A DNA stretch of 64,000 nt from positions 18,104 to 82,103 of the forward strand of contig NZ_JBELLZ010000003.1 of the NCBI RefSeq assembly GCF_042096255.1, read 5' to 3'. Positions 38,507 through 48,842 of the stretch are shown here, piece by piece. The position numbers and the translations under genes were made by a program. The notes below the pieces were generated by a model that was not told the origin of the DNA, did not search any database, and was given only the letters and a program-made list of their open reading frames with translations. The stretch is from Sphingomonas sp. GTDB lineage: Bacteria > Pseudomonadota > Alphaproteobacteria > Sphingomonadales > Sphingomonadaceae. Numbering within the stretch: position 1 is the stretch's first letter; each line of letters begins with the position of its first letter.

Positions 38507-38662
38507 ATGGCGGAACAGCTTCAAGATGCATTGCGCCTGATGCAGGAGGCGATGGTGCTGCTGGATGCGGCGGGCGAGGACGTGGTGGCCGCGCACCTCG
38601 ATCTCGCCGTCCAGCGGCTGATCGAGATCGTGGGTCACGATTCCGCACGTCGCATGCGTTGA
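38507..38662 (+). CDS. 51-aa small helical protein (not in ORF track)
   Basis: Translated by hand: MAEQLQDALRLMQEAMVLLDAAGEDVVAAHLDLAVQRLIEIVGHDSARRMR. Confidence 0.65.
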   Translation: MAEQLQDALRLMQEAMVLLDAAGEDVVAAHLDLAVQRLIEIVGHDSARRMR

Positions 38663-38886
38663 CCCGGCGCCGTTACCGGTCCATTCTGAACCGGTTCGCG
38701 CACCCCCCCAACCCCGTGTGCGAACGCGGGGCCTTCCCAAGCTCCGGCGACGCGCGGGCGTATCATCCTCCCCCGGATCATCGTCCGCGCGTCGCTACCG
38801 GTCGCCGACGGCGCGACACGGTTCGTCCCACGGCCATATCAAATCCGTTTCGATAGCGTTACGGCCCGGTCCACGGGAGACCATGC

Positions 38887-39102
38887 ATGCGTACCTTCGT
38901 TCTACTGCTCGGCACCGGCCTGGCCCTGGCGGGCTGCACCACCCGCGGCGAGCTTCGCGCCGACCGCCGCGATGTCCGGATTCAATCCGCCCAATGTCAG
39001 AATGCCAAGGCGTACCGGGGCAAGCGCGCGCAGCGCGTCCAGTGCGCCCAGGCCCGCGATGCGCGTCGCGAGTTGAAGCAGGATCTGCGCAACCCGGACT
39101 GA
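38887..39102 (+). CDS. Small basic lipoprotein
   Basis: Lipobox LAGC; RBS GGGAG; Arg-rich helix with two Cys. Confidence 0.8.
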   Translation: MRTFVLLLGTGLALAGCTTRGELRADRRDVRIQSAQCQNAKAYRGKRAQRVQCAQARDARRELKQDLRNPD

Positions 39103-39209
39103 GCCGGCAAAGTCGCCGCCGCAGGGACCCCTTTCGTTCATCCTGCGTTCGCGTAAGATGAGCTAGGGTGGCGATCATCCGCCATCCCCGGCGGACCGGA
39201 GTTTCTTCG

Positions 39210-39824
39210 ATGTTGTTCAACGGCTTCCGTCGCGGTCCGCTTCTGGCCGCGATCGCGTCCGGCGCGCTCGTGCTCAGCGGCTGCGCCACCGAGACCCCGT
39301 ATCGGCCAGCCACGGGCAAGGGTTTCTACCGCACCGGCTATACCGACCGGCAGGTCGAGGCGAACCGCTTCCTCGTCACGTTTGCCGGCAACACCGTGAC
39401 CGAGCGCGACACCGTGGAACGCTATCTGCTCTACCGCGCAGCGCAACTGACCGTGGAGAACGGCTACGACCATTTCGTCATGGTCCAGCGGGATACCGAC
39501 CGCCAGGCACGCACCTATTCGACGACACCGTCCTTCGGCCCCTATGGCGGCTGGGGCGGGTATTGGGGCCCGTCCTGGGGATTCTATGGCCGCGGATTCG
39601 GCTGGCGGCGGTTCGGCGGCGGGTTCGGTTGGGGCGGATGGGGCGGTTACGGCTTCAACGACTTCGATGTGCGGACCGTGGATCGCTATGAGGCATCCGC
39701 CGAGATCGTGATGCGCAAGGGTGCCCCCGGGCCGGAGGACGTCCGCGCCTTCAACGCGCGCGAGGTGATCGAGCGGATCGGGCCGACGGTGGTGCTGCCC
39801 AAGGATCAGCCGCGCTCCTCGTGA
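39210..39824 (+). CDS. Lipoprotein (CC0125/CC1285-like family)
   Basis: LSGCATETPY, FLVTFAGN..T.RDTVERYLLYRAAQLT..NGYDHF. Confidence 0.8.
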   Translation: MLFNGFRRGPLLAAIASGALVLSGCATETPYRPATGKGFYRTGYTDRQVEANRFLVTFAGNTVTERDTVERYLLYRAAQLTVENGYDHFVMVQRDTDRQARTYSTTPSFGPYGGWGGYWGPSWGFYGRGFGWRRFGGGFGWGGWGGYGFNDFDVRTVDRYEASAEIVMRKGAPGPEDVRAFNAREVIERIGPTVVLPKDQPRSS

Positions 39825-39970
39825 GGTACCGGGCCCCCTGGTCCCGCCTTCCGGCGGGATGAGGGGCCGGCGAGCGCATCGTCCCGTATCCGGCCCGGCC
39901 TGTCTCCCGACACGCCGGGAACGGCTCCGGCGCTGCTAGACGTCCGCGGCGACAGGCTGGGACGTTCGAC

Positions 39971-40885
39971 ATGCGGCACGCGCTCTACCAAGTTGCCTCG
40001 GTTCTCCTCGGCAGCCTCCTGGTGGCCGGCTGCGGCAACGCAGAGGCTCCGAAGAAGTTGGCAAAACCGTCGCGCACAACGGAGGCGCAGCCACCTGTTC
40101 CCGCCGTCGCCACTACGCCGCTGATCCGCGCCATCGAGCTTGCCGGCAACATCCGCCTAGATTCGACCGAGCGCTTGCAGATCGCCCGCTCCGAACGCAC
40201 GCTGGCCGCCGAGGACAAGGCGCAGCTCGAAGCCCTGCTGGCCCGATACGATCGCGAGAGCCCGATGTGGCGCGCCGCCGCCCGCCACGTCGTGCGCCAG
40301 CAGCTGCACTTCAACCGCGCGGAGTTGAAGGACCCGACGCCGACCGCGCTGCTCGACCGGCGCGACCCGATCCTCGTCGAGGACACAAAGCGGAAGGAAG
40401 TCGTCACCCAAGCCGACATCCGTGCGATCGACGCGTCCAACCGGATCATGGCGAAGCTCGCCGGCATCAGCGTGCCGCCGCTGATCGAGGGACCCCGCGA
40501 CCTCGCGCAGCTCAAGACCAATTATGCCACCTCCAGCGTGGAGCGCATCCTGCTGACCCAGGCGGATATGCGCCACGCCATGGTGGCGGATGGCTGGCCC
40601 AAATTGCCCGCTAACCGAAAGGCGATCTTGATGAAGGCCATCCGCCAGCATGTCCGCACGACGAAGGACGTGCATGGCGGCGCCCGCGAGCTGGAGGCCT
40701 TTTTCCTGGAGGCCGAGCGGAGGCGCCGCAATCCGCCGCCGGCACGCGGACTATCGGCGGGGGACCGGGCCGCGATCGCGCGGTTGCGCCAGAGCATCTG
40801 GCGCGGCCATCAGGCGACGCTGATCGCGGTGCGCGGCCACGGCATCCTCCAGGCCATGAACACCGCGGACTATATCGCTCCCTGA
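39971..40885 (+). CDS. Hypothetical lipoprotein
   Basis: Lipobox VAGC; helical body; no family recognised. Confidence 0.7.
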   Translation: MRHALYQVASVLLGSLLVAGCGNAEAPKKLAKPSRTTEAQPPVPAVATTPLIRAIELAGNIRLDSTERLQIARSERTLAAEDKAQLEALLARYDRESPMWRAAARHVVRQQLHFNRAELKDPTPTALLDRRDPILVEDTKRKEVVTQADIRAIDASNRIMAKLAGISVPPLIEGPRDLAQLKTNYATSSVERILLTQADMRHAMVADGWPKLPANRKAILMKAIRQHVRTTKDVHGGARELEAFFLEAERRRRNPPPARGLSAGDRAAIARLRQSIWRGHQATLIAVRGHGILQAMNTADYIAP

Positions 40886-40898
40886 GCGGCCCCTCGCG

Positions 40899-43634
<2,736 letters not shown>

Positions 43635-43716
43635 GGCGAAAAGGTCCTGATATTTGGGCGGCGCGGCACCGCAATGCAGACCGCGCGGAAATAGGGCTAA
43701 GGAGGGCCAACCCGCC

Positions 43717-43968
43717 TTATTCGCGCCGACGGATCAGCCAGGCGGGCGCCTTTGCGACAGTCGGCACCACTGGGGCGGACTCCTGTGCGACATCACGGAT
43801 CGTAGCCGCCGCGGCAATCGGCCGCTCGGTGCGCGCCGGCGCCTGCCGCACCTGCGCGGCCTGCGCGCCGATCCCCGCCACCGCCGCCGCCGGCTCCGCC
43901 GCACGCGCATAGCCGCCCGCGCCGGTGAGCGCGGACAGCAACGCGGACAGGAGCAGCAGCAGGTTCAT
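43717..43968 (-). CDS. Small signal-peptide ORF upstream of secA (83 aa)
   Basis: [16 protein letters not shown] hydrophobic start, Ala/Pro-rich body, C-terminal PAWLIRRRE; same strand as secA, 82 nt upstream. Confidence 0.7.
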   Translation of the reverse strand: MNLLLLLSALLSALTGAGGYARAAEPAAAVAGIGAQAAQVRQAPARTERPIAAAATIRDVAQESAPVVPTVAKAPAWLIRRRE

Positions 43969-44080
43969 CGCCACCGCGACATAGGGAGGCGGTCGCGGCG
44001 CGTCCACCGTCTCGCATTTGTCGCGATCCGCGCGATAGCATGACCCCGCCGCGCGAGGGGCCGGCGAGTGGGAGGAGGCG

Positions 44081-45020
44081 ATGCGATATCGGGATACGGA
44101 ATGGGCGGACTATCTCATCGGCACGTCGGCGGACGACATCTTCTTGCTTAGGCATTTCGGCGCCTACGGCGGGACCGACCTCATCCGCGGAGGCGGCGGC
44201 TTCGATCACCTGATCGTGGACTATTCTCGGCTTCGCGACAGTTGGCGCGGAAATATCGTGGTCACCAATACGGGGGCTCTCTACGGTACGTTCGGAACGA
44301 CCGCGGTAGAGTTCGAGGACATCGACCGGCTGACGTATCGCGGCTACAAGACCAGCGACCTTCTTACCGTCATCGTGTCCGGAGATATCGAGGGCAATTT
44401 CATCTTCGCGGATGCGCGCGGCGAGGAAGCGGGTCCCTATGCAGCCGATGTCCTCGTGCTCCGCTTCACCACCAATGAAAGCCATTTGGTCCGGAGCCTG
44501 GGCGAGCGCGTCTCGACGCATTTCGGCGTCTTCGTCAATTTTCGAGAGCATCAATGTCTATTTCGGCGATCGCGACGATGCCGCGGAGTGCGGCGATGGT
44601 AGAGATACGCTATACGGGGGTGCGGGATCCGATCGGCTTGATGGCGACGCCGGAGACGACTTCCTTAATGGAGGTGCAGGCGCCGACCGCCTCATCGGAG
44701 GGATGGGCGCCGATACCTTTTACTATCATTCCGAGCGCGAGAGCCGCAACGAGGCTCCCGACATCATCCATTTCGGCACCGGCGAAGGTGACAAGATCAA
44801 TCTGGCGGCGATCGATGCGAACCCTCTGGTTCGGCGAGACCAAGCCTTCACGTTCATCGACCGGGCAGCGTTCTCGATCACCGCGGGCGAACTGCGGCAG
44901 TCGATCAATACGGATGGCACGATCCTCCTGAGAGGCGACATCAACGGCGACGCCCTCGCCGACCTCACCATCCTCGTCCACGCCGACGCGCCGCTGGTCG
45001 CCAGCGACTTCATCCTCTGA
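44081..45020 (+). pseudogene. RTX/hemolysin-type Ca-binding protein split by a +1 frameshift at 44539-44543
   Basis: ORF 44081..44602 and ORF 44412..45020 join at AAT TTT CGA; GGAGSD/GGAGAD repeats and terminal SDFIL in the second frame; RBS GGAGGAGG. Confidence 0.75.
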
Positions 45021-45069
45021 ACGGTAACGCCGGCCGCGTCGCCGCGCGGCCGGCCGACCCGTCCCCGGC

Positions 45070-46788
45070 TTACAACACGAAGTCGTTGACCGTTAGGCTG
45101 GTGACGTTGTCGACGATGATGGTGAAGTCCGCCTTGCCGTCGCCGTTCACGTCGCCCATCACCTGCGCGTCGCCGCCCACCACCTTGTAGATCAGGTCCC
45201 CAGCGTGCTTGGTGAAGTTGCGCGCGCCCAGGAACGTGAAGGCATTGTCCTTGCCGCCCTTGATCGCATCGATCTCGGCGAGATGAATTTGGTCACCGTC
45301 CAGCCGGCTGAAGTCGAGGATCACGTCGGCCTTCGCCGCGACCTTGTTGGTCTCGGTCACGTCCGTGAAGTAGAAGATGTCGTCACCGCTGCCGCCGACC
45401 AGCTGGTCCTTGCCCGCCTTGCCCCACAGGAAGTCGTCACCACCATCGCCCTGGAGCCAGTCGGCGCCCTTGCCGCCCTGCAGCTCGTCGTTGCCGCTGC
45501 CGCCCTTCAGCACGCCGCGCTTGTCATTAGCGAGGATGAAGTCGTCGCCCGATCCCCCGATACCGGTGGTGATGTCAGTACCCCACTGAATGAACAGGTT
45601 GTTCTTCAGCCCGCCGATGCTGGAGAAGGACGCCTCGCGCAGGTCGAGCGTCTGGTCCATCGACCATTCCGAAAGATCGATCGTATTACCGGTGCCCTGG
45701 TTGTAGATCGTCACCACGGGCTCGTAGTTGACGGTGAAGTCGTAGAAGTCGCGCATCGGCCCCAGGATGTTGCTGTGAAAGCCATAGGTCTGGCCACCGG
45801 TGAACGGCGATGCCTTCGAGACGCCATACATCTGCTGGATGGCCATGATGTCGAGCCCCATCACCGTGTGTGGTGCGGTGCGGTAGTTGAAGCTCTCGTC
45901 AAAGCCCCAGTATGTGCCCTGGATCGGGTTCTGATCGACGTACTTGGCATCGCTGTCGTACCAGCTGATATACGACATGATGGTGAACATGCGATCGTCA
46001 TAGGCGCTGAACTGCTGGGTCGCAGCGTTGACGTTGCCGTTGTAATTGCCGCCATGCCCCAGCCCAAGCAGGTGACCGACCTCGTGGATCACCGTGGACA
46101 TCCCATAGCCGCCGTAGAGGTTCAGGTCGCCGGAAAGGTCGAACCCAGGAACGGAGGTATCGATGCTGATCAGCGCCTGGCCGGTGACCCGGCCCGGGGC
46201 GGCAGAAGGGTCGTGGGGGCCCGGAATCTTGCCCGCCTCCAGCGCCGCGGCATTCTGCTGCTCTGCATCGGCGCTCTCATAGCTGAGCATCCCGCAGCCG
46301 CAGGGACACATGGTCGCGCCGCTGCCGTTCGAGGTCGGCGTGCTGCAATAGGCACCGCCATCATCGCCCCGGCGCAACAGAACGCCCGCGTTCTTCTGGT
46401 TTGCCGCCTCCACGAAGGTGACGTTCGCCACCGAGGACCACATGCCGAAGGCCTTGAGGAACGTCGCCTTTTCGATAGCGGTGAAGTTCGATTTTGGATC
46501 GAAAAAGTAGCTGATCGTCGCCCCCGTGCCGACCACGGCCTGGCCCCATTTGAACGCGGTCCCCCCGTTCAGGCCCCAGAACGACTCATCCGTCAGCTTT
46601 CCGTCGGCATCGATCCCGCTGAGGAAGGCAACCTGATCGTCCAGGCTGGGCGACTTCGCCGCGTTGAGCTTGCGTAGCTGGACATCGGGACCACGCACGC
46701 TGTCGACATAAGGTCTTGCAGGCGCATCGCTCCCGAAGAACAGGTCTCCGATGGGAGACGAATACTCGTTATCGAACTTCCTCGCCAT
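45070..46788 (-). CDS. Serralysin-like M10/RTX metalloprotease (paralog 2, with CPCGCG insert)
   Basis: HEVGHLLGLGH, MFTIMSY, GGxGxD repeats, NDFVL. Confidence 0.93.
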   Translation of the reverse strand: MARKFDNEYSSPIGDLFFGSDAPARPYVDSVRGPDVQLRKLNAAKSPSLDDQVAFLSGIDADGKLTDESFWGLNGGTAFKWGQAVVGTGATISYFFDPKSNFTAIEKATFLKAFGMWSSVANVTFVEAANQKNAGVLLRRGDDGGAYCSTPTSNGSGATMCPCGCGMLSYESADAEQQNAAALEAGKIPGPHDPSAAPGRVTGQALISIDTSVPGFDLSGDLNLYGGYGMSTVIHEVGHLLGLGHGGNYNGNVNAATQQFSAYDDRMFTIMSYISWYDSDAKYVDQNPIQGTYWGFDESFNYRTAPHTVMGLDIMAIQQMYGVSKASPFTGGQTYGFHSNILGPMRDFYDFTVNYEPVVTIYNQGTGNTIDLSEWSMDQTLDLREASFSSIGGLKNNLFIQWGTDITTGIGGSGDDFILANDKRGVLKGGSGNDELQGGKGADWLQGDGGDDFLWGKAGKDQLVGGSGDDIFYFTDVTETNKVAAKADVILDFSRLDGDQIHLAEIDAIKGGKDNAFTFLGARNFTKHAGDLIYKVVGGDAQVMGDVNGDGKADFTIIVDNVTSLTVNDFVL

Positions 46789-46962
46789 GATCGTTCCCCT
46801 TGCGTTCGGCTCCCCATTGAGCCTTGTGCCCGATCGCTAAGAGGAGACGATCGCAAGGGTGAACAACCACGCGACAAACCTTGCCAGAAAACATCACGAG
46901 GCGACGAAGCTACGACGAAAGTTGCTGCCCGACCGAATGGACGTGGCTGTCTCGTTACAAGG

Positions 46963-48681
46963 TTAGAGCAGGAAATCGTTGGCGTTCAGGAAGCGGGCAT
47001 CCTCCACGACGATGGTGAAGTCCGCTTTGCCGTCGCCATTGATGTCGCCCATCACCTGCGCGTCGCCATTCGCCACCTTGTAGATCAGCTCGCCCGCAGT
47101 CTTGGAAAAGCTGTCCTTGCCAAGGAACCGAAAGTCGTTGTCCCGACCACCACGGACAGCGTCAATATCGGAAAGATCGATCTTATCGCCATCGGCGCGG
47201 TTGAAGTCCAGGATTCTGTCCGCACGCGCGATCTTCGCAACGCTCTCCTTGACGGACTGGTAGACGAACCGATCCGCTCCGTCGCCCCCGACCAGTTCGT
47301 CGCGGCCGTTCTTGCCCCACAGGTAATCGTCGCCCGCGTCACCACTCAGCTCGTCGGCGCCCTTGCCACCCCAGATCTCGTCATCGCCGTTGCCGCCGAA
47401 GAAGATGCCCTTCTTGTCGTTGGCCAGCATGAAATCGGTGCCCGACCCGCCGATCGCGGTTGTAATGTCCGTATCCCAATGGATGAACATGTTGTTGGTG
47501 AGGCCGAGCACGCTGGAGTAGCTGGCACCGCGCAGGTCGATATACTGGTAGTCAGTATAGCGCGACAGGTCCATGGTGTTGTTCGATCCGGTGTTATAGA
47601 TCGTGACCACCGGACTGCTGTTCACCGCGAAATCATAAAAATCGGACAACGGCCCCTTGATGTTGCTGTTGAAGCCATACACCTGGCCGCCGGAGAAGGG
47701 CGAGGTCTCCGCCACGCCGTACATCTGCTGGATCGCCAGGATATCCAGGCCCATCACCGTGTGCGGCGCGGTGCGATAGGTGAACTCGTCGGTGATCCCC
47801 CAATCCGTGCCTTCGAAGAAGTTCTGATCGTAGAACTTGGCATTGGTGTTGGTCCAGTTGACGTAGGACATGATGGTGTACATGCGATCGTCATAGGCGC
47901 TGAACTGCTGGGTCCTCGGATTGACGTCGCCGTTGTAGTTGCCGCCATGGCCCAGGCCGAGCAGGTGGCCGACCTCATGGATGATGGTCGACATGCCATA
48001 GCCGCCATAGGTGTCCAGCGAGCCCGACAGGTCGAAACCGGGAACGGAGGTGTCGATGCTGATCAGCGCCTGGCCGATCACCCGGCCGGGCGCTGCGGAC
48101 GGATCGTGCGGACCCTCGATCCCGTCAAACTGCGCGGCGGCCGCAGCCTGCCGATCGGCATCGCGCGCCTCATAGCTCAGCGCGCCGCAGCCGCACGGGC
48201 ACATCGTTGCGCCGCTGCCGTCAGATGTCGGCGTGCTGCAATAGGCGCCGCCGTCATCGCCACGACGCAGCAGGACGCCGGCGCCCTTCTGCCCCTTGGC
48301 TTCGACGAAGGTGACGTCCGCCACCGCGGACCACATGCCGAACGCCTTGAGGAAAGTCGCCTTCTCGACGTCCGAGAAGTTCGATGTGGGATCGAAGAAG
48401 TAGCTGATCTTCGCACCGGTGCCGATCACCGGGCGGCCCCACTTGAACGCCGTGCCGCCATTCTCGCCCCAATAGGATTGGTCGGTCAGCTTGCCGTCCG
48501 CATCGATGCCGCTCAGGAACGCGACCTGATCGTCCAGGCTGGGCGATGTCGGCGCGCGCAGCTTGCGCGCCTGGACCGACGGCTCACCGATGCTGTCTAA
48601 GTAAGGCAGTGCAGGTGCATCACTGCCGAAGAACAGGTCTTCGCTGAAGCCGCTGTGTGCGTCGTTGAACTTCCTCGCCAT
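46963..48681 (-). CDS. Serralysin-like M10/RTX metalloprotease (paralog 3, with CPCGCG insert)
   Basis: HEVGHLLGLGH, MYTIMSY, GGxGxD repeats, NDFLL. Confidence 0.93.
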   Translation of the reverse strand: MARKFNDAHSGFSEDLFFGSDAPALPYLDSIGEPSVQARKLRAPTSPSLDDQVAFLSGIDADGKLTDQSYWGENGGTAFKWGRPVIGTGAKISYFFDPTSNFSDVEKATFLKAFGMWSAVADVTFVEAKGQKGAGVLLRRGDDGGAYCSTPTSDGSGATMCPCGCGALSYEARDADRQAAAAAQFDGIEGPHDPSAAPGRVIGQALISIDTSVPGFDLSGSLDTYGGYGMSTIIHEVGHLLGLGHGGNYNGDVNPRTQQFSAYDDRMYTIMSYVNWTNTNAKFYDQNFFEGTDWGITDEFTYRTAPHTVMGLDILAIQQMYGVAETSPFSGGQVYGFNSNIKGPLSDFYDFAVNSSPVVTIYNTGSNNTMDLSRYTDYQYIDLRGASYSSVLGLTNNMFIHWDTDITTAIGGSGTDFMLANDKKGIFFGGNGDDEIWGGKGADELSGDAGDDYLWGKNGRDELVGGDGADRFVYQSVKESVAKIARADRILDFNRADGDKIDLSDIDAVRGGRDNDFRFLGKDSFSKTAGELIYKVANGDAQVMGDINGDGKADFTIVVEDARFLNANDFLL

Positions 48682-48842
48682 GATCGTTCCCCATCAGCAC
48701 GGCCTGGGCACAGGCCATCGGCACGGCCGATACCGAGAGAATGCGACAGGACGAAGCGCGAGGCGACGAATGGCTCCGCACGGCTGACGGACGGACGCGC
48801 GCGGACGACCGCCCGCCCGGCGCGGCCGCCCCCTTCAGCTCG

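Noticed and set aside
35599-40898. Prophage or ICE at tRNA-Asn
   Set aside because: No integrase, phage or conjugation genes and no duplicated tRNA 3' end seen
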